Assembly (NCBI GenBank): GCA_965208065.1
Contig: OZ242313.1
Span: forward strand, 253,207 to 317,206
DNA: 64,000 nucleotides
Source of the DNA: Spirochaetia bacterium
GTDB taxonomy: Bacteria > Spirochaetota > Spirochaetia > SZUA-6 > Bin103
Reading direction: 5' to 3'
Part shown: piece by piece, positions 1-10,973 of the stretch
How positions within the stretch are numbered: the stretch's first letter is position 1
How the letters are laid out: each line of letters opens with the position of its first letter
Position numbers and translations under genes: made by a program
Notes under the pieces: model-generated
The model's input: only the letters and a program-made list of their open reading frames with translations
Databases searched by the model: none
Told to the model about the DNA's origin: nothing

Positions 1-2
1 GC

Positions 3-170
3 GATCAAGTCTGGTTCGCCGAAAAGAACCCGTATGGCGCAACGTTGTTGTTCCCTTTGACGGAGATTCGGACACGTAGCGGCGACAATTTCGAGAAGGG
101 GTACCTGCAAGGTCGATATGGGGCGGTACCGTTTTCCGGCCCGCTTTCCGCTCTTGGCGCGCCGGAGTAG
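3..170 (+). CDS. 3' end of AAA_21/RloA-like ATPase (partial, begins upstream of the window)
   Basis: Own translation: DQVWFAEKNPYGATLLFPLTEIRTRSGDNFEKGYLQGRYGAVPF...*, matching the C-terminal 'DQ(I/V)WF.EK...EKGYL.GRYGA.P' signature of this family. Confidence 0.75.
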   Translation, partial: DQVWFAEKNPYGATLLFPLTEIRTRSGDNFEKGYLQGRYGAVPFSGPLSALGAPE

Positions 171-341
171 CGGACGGCGCCGTTCGGCGCCGGATCTCCG
201 TGAGGCCAACAGCCTCGCGACGCGGCACGCTGGCGATGCCCAACGCAGCGGTTCGTAGCGCTCGGCACAGGGCCAGGCCCACGCGTGCCGCCGGCCGAGA
301 TTGCGGCGGTGCGCCCAGTCCGCGGAGCGTGATTAAGGGGC

Positions 342-366
342 ATTAATCTTGGATAGTTAGATTAAT
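342..366. promoter_or_regulatory. AT-rich inverted repeat, putative operator upstream of the ABC ATPase pair
   Basis: ATTAATCT-N9-AGATTAAT, a perfect 8-bp inverted repeat in an AT-rich patch ~150 bp upstream of 514. Confidence 0.45.
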
Positions 367-513
367 CATTTCCTCTTGCGCAGTTCGATGATTCGGGGTG
401 GTTGACTTATGCCGGCGGCCGGATAAAATTGGCTGGCTTGCTAGGTCCATGCTGCGAGGGCTCTATTGCCCCCGCGTGCGTGGCACGGGCAAATCGAACA
501 GAAGGATACTGTT

Positions 514-1554
514 GTGGAAACGCCTGTTCTCGAGGTCAAGGACCTTCGCACCTACTTCAAACTGGAGGAGGGCACGCTGAAGGCGGTCGACGGCGTCAGT
601 TTCTCGGTGGCGCCGAAGAAGACGCTCGGCATCATTGGCGAGAGTGGCTGCGGCAAGAGCGTCACGGCGCAGTCGATCCTGCGCATCGTGCCGCCGCCCG
701 GCGAAATCAAGTCGGGCGAGATCGTCCTCAACCGGGAGGGCCACGATTCGGTCGACCTGACCCAACTCGACCCGTTCGGCCAGTCGGTGCGCTCGATCCG
801 CGGCAAGGAGATCTCGATGATCTTCCAGGAGCCGATGACCAGTCTGTCGCCGGTGCACACCATCGGCAACCAGATCGAGGAAGCGATCCTGCTGCACGAG
901 ACCGACGACAAGAACAAGGCCCGCGAGTTGGCCATCAGCATGGTCGACCGGGTCGGCATCGGCAACGCCAGCCAGCGCATCGAAGAGTACCCGCACCAGC
1001 TTTCGGGCGGCTTGCGGCAACGCGCCATGATCGCCATGGCGCTGTCCTGCAACCCGTCGCTGCTGATCGCCGATGAGCCGACCACCGCCCTTGACGTGAC
1101 GGTGCAGGCGCAGATCCTGGACCTGATGGCGCACCTCCAGGAGCAGTTCGGTATGGCGATCCTCTACATTACGCACGACTTGGGTGTGATTGCGGAGATT
1201 GCCGATGAGGTGGCGGTGATGTACCTGGGACGGGTGGTCGAGCACGCCGATACCAGGGAGATCTTCCGCAACCCGATGCATCCATACACCCGCCTGTTGC
1301 TGAAGTCGATTCCGCGGATGGGCAAGGAAGCGAAGAAGCGGCTCGACGCGATCCAGGGAACGGTGCCCATTCCGCTCGATCCGCCACGCGAATGCGGCTT
1401 CTTCAGCCGCTGCCCGGATGCGATGGACGGCAAGTGCAACGCCGACATCCCGGCGTTGATACAGGCCAACGAGGCACACCGCGTACGCTGTTATCTGCAC
1501 AGCGAGGAAATCGAAGCAGACGCAGAAGCCGAATTGGCAGGAGCAAAAGCATGA
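514..1554 (+). CDS. Oligopeptide/dipeptide ABC transporter ATP-binding protein (OppD/DppD-like)
   Basis: [27 protein letters not shown]-terminal oligo_HPY Cys domain; GTG start at 514 after AAGGA. Confidence 0.93.
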   Translation: METPVLEVKDLRTYFKLEEGTLKAVDGVSFSVAPKKTLGIIGESGCGKSVTAQSILRIVPPPGEIKSGEIVLNREGHDSVDLTQLDPFGQSVRSIRGKEISMIFQEPMTSLSPVHTIGNQIEEAILLHETDDKNKARELAISMVDRVGIGNASQRIEEYPHQLSGGLRQRAMIAMALSCNPSLLIADEPTTALDVTVQAQILDLMAHLQEQFGMAILYITHDLGVIAEIADEVAVMYLGRVVEHADTREIFRNPMHPYTRLLLKSIPRMGKEAKKRLDAIQGTVPIPLDPPRECGFFSRCPDAMDGKCNADIPALIQANEAHRVRCYLHSEEIEADAEAELAGAKA

Positions 1555-2588
1555 GCAACGCAAGTAACGGAAGCAACGGCAAGCGCACGCTGCTGGAAGT
1601 AGATCAACTCCGCAAGTACTTCCCGATCGAGAAGGGCTTTCTGCGCCGCGTGGCAGGCCACGTGAAGGCGGTGGACCGCATCAACCTGTACATCAACGAG
1701 GGCGAGACGCTCGGCCTGGTGGGTGAGTCGGGTTGCGGCAAGACCACCCTGGGACGCTGCATCCTGCGCGCCATCGAGCCCACCGACGGCAGCATCAAAT
1801 TTCAGTTCAGCGCCGACGACGAGAGCCTGGACATCACCCAGCTCGACAAGAGGCGGCTGCGCGCCATTCGCCGCCACATGCAGATGATCTTCCAGGATCC
1901 CTATTCCTCGCTCGACCCGCGCATGACGGTGCTGGACATCGTTGCCGAGCCGCTGGTGTCCAACAAACTCGCCAGAGGGCAGGAACTGGAAGATCGGGTC
2001 AAGGATCTGATGCGGGTGGTCGGCCTGGAGGTAAAGCACCTGAAGCGCTACCCGCACGCCTTTTCCGGCGGCCAGCGGCAGCGCATCGGCATTGCCCGGG
2101 CGCTGGCGCCGCGGCCGGAGTTCATTGTGTGCGACGAGGCGGTGTCGGCGCTGGACGTGTCGATTCAGGCGCAGATCCTCAACCTGCTGCAGGACCTGCA
2201 GGCGGAGTTCAACCTGACCTACCTGTTCATTGCGCACGACCTGAGCGTGATCGAGCACATCTCCGACCGGGTGGGCGTGATGTACGTGGGCAAGATGGTG
2301 GAGCTCGCGGAAACTGAAGAGCTGTTCAGCAGTCCCAAGCACCCGTACACCGAGGCGCTGCTGTCGGCGGTGCCGCAGCCCGATCCGGAAACCAAGATGG
2401 ATCGGATCATCCTGCCCGGCGAGGTGGCCAACCCGGCGAATCCGCCGTCAGGCTGTTACTTCCATCCGCGTTGCGTGTACGCCAAGGACGAGTGCAAGAC
2501 GGTGGAGCCGGAGTGGCAGGAGGTGGAGCCGGGCCATTTCGCGGCGTGCCACTTCGCCAAGGAGTTGAGCCTCAAGGGCGTCCAGTAA
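1551..2588 (+). CDS. Oligopeptide/dipeptide ABC transporter ATP-binding protein (OppF/DppF-like)
   Basis: [37 protein letters not shown]; ATGA overlap with the upstream gene. Confidence 0.93.
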   Translation: MSNASNGSNGKRTLLEVDQLRKYFPIEKGFLRRVAGHVKAVDRINLYINEGETLGLVGESGCGKTTLGRCILRAIEPTDGSIKFQFSADDESLDITQLDKRRLRAIRRHMQMIFQDPYSSLDPRMTVLDIVAEPLVSNKLARGQELEDRVKDLMRVVGLEVKHLKRYPHAFSGGQRQRIGIARALAPRPEFIVCDEAVSALDVSIQAQILNLLQDLQAEFNLTYLFIAHDLSVIEHISDRVGVMYVGKMVELAETEELFSSPKHPYTEALLSAVPQPDPETKMDRIILPGEVANPANPPSGCYFHPRCVYAKDECKTVEPEWQEVEPGHFAACHFAKELSLKGVQ

Positions 2589-2598
2589 ACGGGAACGG

Positions 2599-3456
2599 TC
2601 AGCCGAGCAGCAGTTCGCGCACCAGGATTCCCGCCGCCGCCACCAGTACGAACCAGCCGAACGCGGGGCGCAGCCTTGCACCCGGCACGTGGTGGCCGAT
2701 CCGGCTGCCGGCCAGGATCCCCACCACCGCCAGGCCGGTGAAGGCGAGCAGCAGGCCCCAGTCGAAATCGCCCTGCAGCGTGATGTCGCCGACGAACCCG
2801 GCCAGCGACTTGGCCGCGATGATGGTCAGCGAGGTGCCTACCGCGACCCGCATCGGCAGGCGGGACAGCACCACCAGCGCCGGTACGATGGCGAAGCCGC
2901 CGCCGGCGCCCACCACGCCGGTGAACACGCCGATCACCGTGCCTTCCAGCGCCGCCAGCGGGATGCTCACCTTGACCGGCGCGGCCGGTTGGCGCGCCGC
3001 GGCGCCGGAATCCTCCTCCGCAGCCGGTGTTTCCGCCAGGCTGATCCGGTAGCGCGGCTTGACGATCATCGACAGCGCGGCGAGTGCCATTATCACGGCG
3101 AACAACACCAGGATGAACAGATCCTTGCTGACCGCCACCCCGGCCACGGTGCCAAGCTGCGCCGGAATGGCCGGCACCAGCAGGCTGCGGGTGAAGAACA
3201 CCACCACCAGCGACGGGATCGAAAACGCCACCGCGGCGCGCACGTTCACCTGCCCGCGCCGCCAGTGGCTGGCCGCGCCCACCACGCTGGTTACCCCCAC
3301 CACGAACAGCGAGTAGGCGGTGGCGGTGACCGCGTCGACGCCCACCACGTAGACCAGGATCGGTACCGTCAGGATCGATCCGCCGGCGCCGGCCAGCCCC
3401 ATGATCACGCCCACCACCAGGGCGAGCGCGACCCCCCAGATCAAGCCCGCGGCCAT
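2599..3456 (-). CDS. Sulfite exporter TauE/SafE (TSUP) family protein
   Basis: [17 protein letters not shown] and [16 protein letters not shown] internal repeats, multiple TM helices. Confidence 0.88.
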   Translation of the reverse strand: MAAGLIWGVALALVVGVIMGLAGAGGSILTVPILVYVVGVDAVTATAYSLFVVGVTSVVGAASHWRRGQVNVRAAVAFSIPSLVVVFFTRSLLVPAIPAQLGTVAGVAVSKDLFILVLFAVIMALAALSMIVKPRYRISLAETPAAEEDSGAAARQPAAPVKVSIPLAALEGTVIGVFTGVVGAGGGFAIVPALVVLSRLPMRVAVGTSLTIIAAKSLAGFVGDITLQGDFDWGLLLAFTGLAVVGILAGSRIGHHVPGARLRPAFGWFVLVAAAGILVRELLLG

Positions 3457-3481
3457 TGCTCTACGTACTTCCGGCGGCGCA

Positions 3482-4636
3482 TCAGTATTGATCGAGGGCG
3501 TGACCGAACGGCTCCGCCAGTACGCGGCTGCCGCCGCCGGGGAACCACGCCTGCGCCACGTCCCACAGCCCCGAATCGTTCCCGCGCCGTTCCTCCGGCA
3601 CGTCGTCGAAGCGCTCGTATCCGAACGCGAGCTGCAGGAGGTCGCCGCCGCCCGGCAGCAGTGCGCCGCCGCGCAACGCCGCAAGGGCGGGGACTTGCGC
3701 CGCCGTGGCGATGCGCGCCGCCGCCGCCCGGCGCGCCAACTCGGGCTCGAACGCGTCGAGGAACCGGCCCCGGTCGAGCAGCGCCGCCATCCCGCCAGCC
3801 GCCGCGTAGTGGCGGTGCACGGCCTCGCAGCCGATGCCGCGCGCCGCGCGCGCGACCGCCGAGTCGCCCGGCTCCTGGAATACGATGCGCTCGTGGTCTA
3901 GCCGGCGCGCGCGCCGTGCCACGCCGGCGAGCAGCATGCCGGCGGTGGCCTGGTCGCGCGCCACGATTTCGTGCACCTGCACGTGTTTGGGGCGCCAGCC
4001 GAGAAACGTCTCCTCGATCAACGCGTATCCGGTCAGGCCATCGCCGTTGCCGGCAACCACGATGTCGACGCCGGGGTTCCATTCGCGCGTGCGCGGGATG
4101 CGATCCCAGTGGTCCGCCCGCACGACCGACCACGGCCGTGCACCGTGCACGGAATTGAACAACGCCCGCAGCGCCGGCAGGTCGGACAGACTGCCGGCGC
4201 GCAGGGCTCCCTCCGGCACCACCGGCAGCCGGCGCGTGTTGTACAGGGATACGCGCCACTCGATATCCCGCTGGCAGGTTACAAAACCGAAGCGCGGGTA
4301 GAAATCCGCGATCCCGTACAGGCAGGCGACGCTCACCCGCCGTGCGGCGCTGCGCAGCGAGCGGCGAATCAGGCGGTCCATGTATCCGCGGCGGCGGTGC
4401 TCCGGAGGCGTGCTGACCACGGCGTAGCCCTCCACCGGCAGCGCCAGCGCGCCGAAACGCACGTCCATGCCGAGCAGCGCCAGCGAACTGACCGGCTCCT
4501 CGGCATCGTCCGTCCACAGCGCGCAACGCCGCGACGGGAAACTGCGCCGCGGCTCTACCCGTTCCTCGGTGTAGCGCAGCCCACCGTCCCACGCCTCCTC
4601 TACCAGGCGCTCGGACTGTTTCGCCTGCTGTTCCAT
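3482..4636 (-). CDS. GNAT family N-acetyltransferase (Eis-like)
   Basis: V.TPPEHRRRGYM acetyl-CoA motif A, LYGIADFYPRFGF. Confidence 0.8.
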   Translation of the reverse strand: MEQQAKQSERLVEEAWDGGLRYTEERVEPRRSFPSRRCALWTDDAEEPVSSLALLGMDVRFGALALPVEGYAVVSTPPEHRRRGYMDRLIRRSLRSAARRVSVACLYGIADFYPRFGFVTCQRDIEWRVSLYNTRRLPVVPEGALRAGSLSDLPALRALFNSVHGARPWSVVRADHWDRIPRTREWNPGVDIVVAGNGDGLTGYALIEETFLGWRPKHVQVHEIVARDQATAGMLLAGVARRARRLDHERIVFQEPGDSAVARAARGIGCEAVHRHYAAAGGMAALLDRGRFLDAFEPELARRAAAARIATAAQVPALAALRGGALLPGGGDLLQLAFGYERFDDVPEERRGNDSGLWDVAQAWFPGGGSRVLAEPFGHALDQY

Positions 4637-4761
4637 CCGCCCGGAAGTTGGCAGGAGCGCCCACGGCTGTCAATGCGCCGGCCGAGAAATCCGCGCCGGC
4701 CACCCCTCACGGCCACCGCCGCCATTGCCGAGGACGGCTCTCCCAAGGCACAATCGAGCCC

Positions 4762-5673
4762 ATGAAAACCCCGAAAATCTCCCTCGGGAGCTGGGCCTTC
4801 TCATTCGGCCCGTTCGAATCGGACCCCTGGTCGTGGGATCGCTTCGTGGACTTCAGCGCCGACAACGGCTACGACGGCGTGGAAATCAACGCCCAGGCGC
4901 CCCACCCGCATCCGCACCAGTACGACACCCGCGCCAAGTGCCAGGAACTGATGACCCGCTTGGCCGACAAGGGGCTCGGCGTGTCCGGTTACGCGGTCAA
5001 CGGCCACTTTCCCGACATGGCGGCGGCCGCGCCGGCTACCGCCAGTCCCGACCAGCTCATAGCCGCGCTGCGCCCCTACCTGCAATTCTGCACCAACGCC
5101 GGCATCGGCGCGCTGCGATTCGATACCGCCAGCCCGCCGGACGAACTGGAGCCGGGCGAGTACGAAAAACGGTTCGCCAACGCCGTACGGTGCCTGCGCG
5201 CGGCGGCCGGCGCGGCGGCCGACCATGGCGTGACCATGATGTGGGAGTTCGAGCCCGGATTCTGGCTCAACAAGCCGAGCGAGGTGGTACGCCTGCACGA
5301 CGCGGTGGACCACGCCCACTTCAAGCTGCTGTTCGACACCAGCCACGCCTACATGGGCGCCGTGGCGGCGTCGCGGCACACCGGCGCACCGGAAAAGCTG
5401 GCCGGCGGCACCGCCGCGTACGCCGCCCTGATCCGCGACCGCATGGGCCACCTGCACGTGATCGACTCGGACGGCGAGCTGCACGACGACGACACCAGCA
5501 CCCACATCGCATTCGGCGAGGGGTACGTGGATTTCCCGGCTACCCTGGAGGCACTGAAACCGCGCCTCGCCGACATGTCGTGGTGGTGCGTGGACTTCTG
5601 TTTCAACCCCGCGGGGCCGGCGGCCGCCCGCGCCGCGGTGCCGTACCTGCACAACCTGGCGGGATCGCTGTGA
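4762..5673 (+). CDS. Sugar phosphate isomerase/epimerase (xylose isomerase-like TIM barrel)
   Basis: GYDGVEI, WEFEP, FDTSH, HLHVIDSD metal ligands. Confidence 0.85.
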   Translation: MKTPKISLGSWAFSFGPFESDPWSWDRFVDFSADNGYDGVEINAQAPHPHPHQYDTRAKCQELMTRLADKGLGVSGYAVNGHFPDMAAAAPATASPDQLIAALRPYLQFCTNAGIGALRFDTASPPDELEPGEYEKRFANAVRCLRAAAGAAADHGVTMMWEFEPGFWLNKPSEVVRLHDAVDHAHFKLLFDTSHAYMGAVAASRHTGAPEKLAGGTAAYAALIRDRMGHLHVIDSDGELHDDDTSTHIAFGEGYVDFPATLEALKPRLADMSWWCVDFCFNPAGPAAARAAVPYLHNLAGSL

Positions 5674-5684
5674 GCGGGCGCACG

Positions 5685-6818
5685 ATGAAGCAGCTCAACG
5701 TCGCCATCATCGGGTATGGCTTCATGGGCCGCGCCCACTCCAACGCCTACCGCAAAGTGAACAACTTCTTCGACCTCGCCTACCAGCCGGTGATGAAGGT
5801 GGCCAGCGCCCGGCAAGCGGACCAGCTCGACGCGTTCGCCGCCAACTGGGGCTGGCAGGAGACCGACACCGACTGGCGCCGGGTGGTGGAGCGCCCCGAC
5901 ATCGACGTGGTGGACATCTGCGCCCCCAACAACATGCACCTGGAAATTGCCTCCGCGGCCGCCGCCGCCGGGAAGATCATTGCCTGCGAGAAGCCGCTGG
6001 CGATGGATGCCGCGGAGGGGCAGCGGCTGGTGGACGCGGTGGCGGCGAGCGGCAAGCCCAACATGGTGTGGTTCAACTACCGGCGCGTGCCGGCCATCGC
6101 CCTGGCCAAGCAGATCGTGGACGAGGGGCGCATCGGACGCGTGTTTCACTACCGGTCGCGCTACCTGCAGGACTGGACCATCAGCGCCGACGTGCCGCTC
6201 GGCGGCAACACGCTGTGGCGGCTCGACAAGAGCGTGTCGGGCAGCGGCGTCACCGGCGACCTGCTGGCGCACTCCATTGACACGGCGATGTGGATGATCG
6301 GCCCGATCGCCAGCGTCGCCGCCACCACCGAGACGTTCATCAAGGAGCGCGAGTTGCAGGACGACCCGGGCAAGCGCGTGACGGTGGAGATCGACGACGC
6401 CTGCGCGTTCCTGGCCCGGTTCGCGGGCGGCGCCATGGCCACCTTCGAGTCGACCCGCTACGCGCGCGGGCGCAAGAACGAGAACTATTTCGAGATCAAC
6501 GGCGAAAAGGGATCGCTTGCGTTCAACCTGGAGAACGCGCATGAGCTCGGCTACTTCACGCACGACGACGAAGGACACCTGCGCGGCTGGCGCAACATCC
6601 AGGTGTGGGACTCCGACCACCCCTACATGGAACACTGGTGGGTGCCCGGCTGCTCGATCGGCTACGAGCACACCTTCATCAACGCGCTCGCCGACTTTCT
6701 CGGCGGCCTGGCGAGCGGCACCAAGACGTGCCCGGACTTCGCCGACGCACAGGCCACTCAGGTGGTGTGCGACGCCGTGTTGCAGGCCGCCGACGAGCGC
6801 CGCTGGGTGGACCTTTGA
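5685..6818 (+). CDS. Gfo/Idh/MocA family oxidoreductase
   Basis: IIGYGFMG Rossmann motif, CEKPLA, GDLLAHSID. Confidence 0.92.
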   Translation: MKQLNVAIIGYGFMGRAHSNAYRKVNNFFDLAYQPVMKVASARQADQLDAFAANWGWQETDTDWRRVVERPDIDVVDICAPNNMHLEIASAAAAAGKIIACEKPLAMDAAEGQRLVDAVAASGKPNMVWFNYRRVPAIALAKQIVDEGRIGRVFHYRSRYLQDWTISADVPLGGNTLWRLDKSVSGSGVTGDLLAHSIDTAMWMIGPIASVAATTETFIKERELQDDPGKRVTVEIDDACAFLARFAGGAMATFESTRYARGRKNENYFEINGEKGSLAFNLENAHELGYFTHDDEGHLRGWRNIQVWDSDHPYMEHWWVPGCSIGYEHTFINALADFLGGLASGTKTCPDFADAQATQVVCDAVLQAADERRWVDL

Positions 6819-7687
6819 GCCGCTTCATCCTGTCCTGCACCACGTGCGCGACGCGTGCCATCGACGGCGACGAGACCGCCGCCTGCTTCCGCCATGCGCC
6901 GCGCGCCGGCTTCCGCGCCTGGGGCATTGCCTCGGTGGCGCAGCGCGCGCTCGGCGAGGCGCGCTGGCTCGATGCCGGCAAGCTGCGGGGGGCGGCGCTG
7001 GCGGTCGGCCTGCGCCGCTGCACGGAGGTGTATGCGCCCGCCTTCCCGGCCGACTCGGAGGCGGCCGCGGCGGCGGCGGCCGAGCAGATGGCGAGCGTGT
7101 TCGCCCTGGCCGTCGGGCTGCAGTCGCCGCTGGTGGTGATGACCGGCGGCATGTCGCCGGCGCAGGCCGCGGCGATCCGCGACGGGCTCGCCTCCGCGCC
7201 GCGCCGCGGGCGCATCCGCTCGGTGGGGCTGGCGGCGCCGATCGCCGGCATCAAGCGGCTGCTGCCGCTGGTGGAGCATCTGCCGGTACGGCTGGCCCTG
7301 GAGCCGCATCACGGCTCCAACTTCTCGGTGCGCGCCGATTTCGACCGCATCTTCAGCGAGATCGACCATCCGAAGGTCGGCATCACCATCGACACCGGCC
7401 ATTTCCACCGCTCCGACGTGGACTGGCGCTCCTTCATTCGCGCTTACGGCGACAAGATCTGGAACCTGCACGTGAAGGATCACCGCGGCCCGGTGTCGGT
7501 GCCGCTCGGCAGCGGGGAGGTGGACCTGCGCGGCTACCTGGAAGAGCTGCACGCGCTCGACTACGACGGCCCGCTGGCGCTGGAACTGGAGGTGGAGGAT
7601 CCGGAAAACCTGCCGCGCTACGTTCGCGACGCTCACGCACACCTGTCTCGGCTGGTGCGCGAGGTAACCGGCAACGACCCGGGATAG
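6815..7687 (+). CDS. Sugar phosphate isomerase/epimerase
   Basis: ALEPHHG, IDTGHF, LHVKD, LALELE; TTG start overlaps the upstream stop. Confidence 0.82.
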   Translation: MSRFILSCTTCATRAIDGDETAACFRHAPRAGFRAWGIASVAQRALGEARWLDAGKLRGAALAVGLRRCTEVYAPAFPADSEAAAAAAAEQMASVFALAVGLQSPLVVMTGGMSPAQAAAIRDGLASAPRRGRIRSVGLAAPIAGIKRLLPLVEHLPVRLALEPHHGSNFSVRADFDRIFSEIDHPKVGITIDTGHFHRSDVDWRSFIRAYGDKIWNLHVKDHRGPVSVPLGSGEVDLRGYLEELHALDYDGPLALELEVEDPENLPRYVRDAHAHLSRLVREVTGNDPG

Positions 7688-7700
7688 GTCGGATGACGCC

Positions 7701-9938
7701 TTGCCGGTAGCTCAACAATCGCCCGCCCGGAGACGGCCGATCCGGGGCCTGGCCGCCGAGTTGCGTGCCGACCTCGTGTCCCCGCGCGCCGTGCCGGCGC
7801 TGGCAGCCGGACTCACCTCGGGATTGGGGCTGCTGGTGGCGCAGGTGGCGTTCGGGAGTTTCATATTCTCGGGGCCGCTCGCGGCCTACTCCTCCCAGGG
7901 CGTGGGCCTGGTGCTGTTCGGCAACTTCGCGACCTGCCTGGTGGTCGCCCTCGCCGGCGGCTACCGCGGGGCGATTGCGGGTCTGTCTCCCGCGCTGGTA
8001 ATAGTGATGGCCACCATCGGCTTCTCCATGGACGCCGCCGGCCACGCGCTGTTCGTTACCACGGTGTGCGCGCTGGTGATCAGCGCGGTGACCACCGGCG
8101 CGTGCTGTCTGCTGGTCGGACGGTTCCGGCTCGCCAACCTGGTGCGCTTCATCCCGTTTCCGGTGGCCGGAGGCTTTGTCGCCGGGATTGGCGGCGCCGT
8201 ATGCCTGGCCGCGATGTCGCTGATGGGAGCGAAGCCGGACTGGCGGACGCTGCCCGCCCTGCTGGAGCCCTCGGTGCTGTGGAAATGGAGCCCCGGCGTG
8301 GTATACGGAATCGCCCTCTACCTGGCAATGAAGCGCTGGCGCAACCCGCTGATCCTGCCGGCGAGCGTGGCACTGGCCGTCGGCGCTTACCATCTCGCGC
8401 TCGACGCCCTGGGCATCTCCGGCGACGCGGCGCGGGCGGCCGGCCTGCTGCTCACCAGCACCGCCGACGGCGGCCTGTGGCCGGCGCTACTGCCTGCCGA
8501 CCTGGCACTCGTCGAATGGAGCGCGCTGGCCGGGCAGGTTCCCCACATGCTGACGGTGGTTCTGGTTGCCTTCATCTGCGTGGTCCTGAACGTGGCCGGC
8601 CTGGAGCTGGCGGCGGATCAGGAACTGGACTGGGACCGGGAGTTCCGGGTTACCGGAGTGGCGAGCATGATCTCCGGGCTCGGCGGCGGCACGGTGGCGA
8701 CCATCGTGGTGCCTGCCTCACTGCGCAGCAAGCTGTTCGGGGCCGCCACGCGGCTGACCGGGGTGATCGCCGCCCTGGTGGTCGGCGCCGCGCTGTTCCT
8801 GGGCGACGGCATGCTGGAGCTGGTTCCGGCGCCCCTGGTGGGAGGAATACTGGTGTTCGCCGGGCTCGGCATGCTGGACGAGGGGCTGGTAAGGAGCCGC
8901 CGACGGCTGCCGTGGTCGGAGTACGGCATCATCGTGCTGATCTTCGTTACCATCACCGCATTCGGGCTGCTGGAGGGAGTGGCAGCCGGGATGCTCGCCA
9001 CCCTGGTGTTCTTCGCGGCGCGCCTGAGCCGCGTCGACCCGGTGGAAGCGCACTTCACCGGAAGCGACCGGCACAGCAACAAGGCGCGTCCGGTACCCGA
9101 CCGCGCCATCCTGCTGGACGAGGGCGGCCGGCTGCACGGCTACCGGCTGCGCGGCTACCTGTTCTTCGGCAGCGTGTGCCCATTGGCGGACCATCTGAAG
9201 GCGTCGTTGAGGGGCGCGTCCCGCCCGCAGTGCCTGCTGCTGGATTTCGCCGCGGTTTCCGGATTCGACTTTTCGGCGGTGAACGTCCTGTGCCGGTTCC
9301 TGCAGGAGGCGCATGCGGCCGGGGTGCGCGTGGTGCTGAGCGCCGCCTCCGAGGCGCTGTCCAGCGGGCTCGAGCATAATCTGGCCGCGCCGCTGTACGC
9401 GGATCTGCCGATGGAGCCGAATCTGGACCGCGCCCTCGAGCGCTGCGAGGAGATCGTGATCGCGGCGTGGCGGGAAGACGCGGACCGGGCCGACGCGCGC
9501 CGGGCCGCCCTGTTGGAGCACGCCGCGGGCGACCTCGACCGCTACCTGCAGCGGCAAATCGACTTCGAGTCGCTGATCGAGCAGTTGCACCCGTGGGCGA
9601 CTGCCTGCCGGTACGACTCCGGTGCCGCGCTGAAGGGACCCGGGGCGCCGCGCGACGGCCTGCAACTGCTTATTTCCGGACAAGCCTCCGGCTACGATGG
9701 CGCGGGAGCGCGGTTGAACCAGTATCGCCCCGGCGACATGGTATGGCCGGCCGGGACGTTGCACGAGCGAGCGTCCGCGGTGGTCGCCGACGAGCCGTGC
9801 CGCACGGTTCACCTCACCCCGGACGCCCGGATTCGGCTGGAGCAGCAAGAACCGCAACTTACGCTCAAGCTGTACCGGTACCTGCTCGGCGCGCGCAAGG
9901 TGGACGACACGGAAACGGAAGCGGAACCGGAGCGCTGA
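7701..9938 (+). CDS. SulP family anion transporter with STAS and degenerate cNMP-binding domains
   Basis: RFIPFPVAGGFVAGIG TM core, LRGYLFFGS...LDFAAVSGFDFSA STAS motif, C-terminal cNMP-like region. Confidence 0.85.
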   Translation: MPVAQQSPARRRPIRGLAAELRADLVSPRAVPALAAGLTSGLGLLVAQVAFGSFIFSGPLAAYSSQGVGLVLFGNFATCLVVALAGGYRGAIAGLSPALVIVMATIGFSMDAAGHALFVTTVCALVISAVTTGACCLLVGRFRLANLVRFIPFPVAGGFVAGIGGAVCLAAMSLMGAKPDWRTLPALLEPSVLWKWSPGVVYGIALYLAMKRWRNPLILPASVALAVGAYHLALDALGISGDAARAAGLLLTSTADGGLWPALLPADLALVEWSALAGQVPHMLTVVLVAFICVVLNVAGLELAADQELDWDREFRVTGVASMISGLGGGTVATIVVPASLRSKLFGAATRLTGVIAALVVGAALFLGDGMLELVPAPLVGGILVFAGLGMLDEGLVRSRRRLPWSEYGIIVLIFVTITAFGLLEGVAAGMLATLVFFAARLSRVDPVEAHFTGSDRHSNKARPVPDRAILLDEGGRLHGYRLRGYLFFGSVCPLADHLKASLRGASRPQCLLLDFAAVSGFDFSAVNVLCRFLQEAHAAGVRVVLSAASEALSSGLEHNLAAPLYADLPMEPNLDRALERCEEIVIAAWREDADRADARRAALLEHAAGDLDRYLQRQIDFESLIEQLHPWATACRYDSGAALKGPGAPRDGLQLLISGQASGYDGAGARLNQYRPGDMVWPAGTLHERASAVVADEPCRTVHLTPDARIRLEQQEPQLTLKLYRYLLGARKVDDTETEAEPER

Positions 9939-9966
9939 GCACGATTCCTGCGCCCGCCGCCGGCCG

Positions 9967-10884
9967 TCAGTCGAGGGTAACGACCCCCTTGATGTAGCCG
10001 GGATCGCCGGCGGCGACGTTGGCCAGCAGGTCGGGGTAGCCGTCGAGCGGCACGGTGTGGGTGATAAGCGGTTGCAGGTCGATGATGCGCTTGGCAATGA
10101 GGCGGATTGCTGGCGGGAAGGGGTTGCGGATCCGGGAGCCGGGGGCGGAATTGACCACCGTGAAGCCGCCGAGGTGCCAGCGGTCGCCGTTGAACGAGGG
10201 GCGCCCGTGATTCCAGCCGAACAGGTTCAGCACGCCGCCGCCGGCGAGCATCCCGGTGGCCAGGTCGAGGCCCGCCTGCGCGCCGGAGGCATCGACCACG
10301 CAGTCGAACGGCGCCTCGCCGGCGAGCGCCGCATCGTCCGGATGGTAGACGGCGTCCACGCCGAAGCGGCGCGCCAGGGCCAGCCGGTCGCGGTTCACGT
10401 CGATCGCCGCCAGGTGGTGCACGCACGAGCGCACCAGCCCCTGCAGCAGCATCAGCCCCATGAAGCCGCAGCCGATTACCGCCACCCGGTCGCCGGCGCG
10501 GGCGCGGGTATGGTCCAGGCCGGTGACCACACAGCTCACCGGCTCCACGATCCAGCGCTCGAGCGGAATGCCGGTGTCGGGAATGGGCAGCGCCCGCTCG
10601 GCGGGCACGTTGTGCACGGTGGCGAAACCGCGCGCCACCACCGCGTCGCCTTCGGCCAGGCCGCTGACGCCGGCGCCCACCTTGAGCACCCGGCCGACGC
10701 CCTCGTGACCCGGCGGCGCCGCGCTCGGGGCATCGCAGCCGTGCCGGTAGGTGTACAGGTCCCAGGCACAGATGCCGCATGCGGCGGCGCGCACCTGCAC
10801 TTCGCCCGGTGCCGGATCGGCAACTGCCGTCTCGACCAGGCGGACCCCGCCGCCCGGCTGATACTCGATAGTCCGCGCTTTCAT
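9967..10884 (-). CDS. Zinc-binding alcohol dehydrogenase (MDR family)
   Basis: CGIC..D, GHEGVG, IGCGFMG; start 10884 or 10902. Confidence 0.88.
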   Translation of the reverse strand: MKARTIEYQPGGGVRLVETAVADPAPGEVQVRAAACGICAWDLYTYRHGCDAPSAAPPGHEGVGRVLKVGAGVSGLAEGDAVVARGFATVHNVPAERALPIPDTGIPLERWIVEPVSCVVTGLDHTRARAGDRVAVIGCGFMGLMLLQGLVRSCVHHLAAIDVNRDRLALARRFGVDAVYHPDDAALAGEAPFDCVVDASGAQAGLDLATGMLAGGGVLNLFGWNHGRPSFNGDRWHLGGFTVVNSAPGSRIRNPFPPAIRLIAKRIIDLQPLITHTVPLDGYPDLLANVAAGDPGYIKGVVTLD

Positions 10885-10973
10885 CCTGCAAGACCGTGGC
10901 ATGCCGCCTCACCGTTGCTCAACCCCGCCGAGGGCGCTTGCCTTGCACCGGAAGGTGTGCGGACCATTGAACC

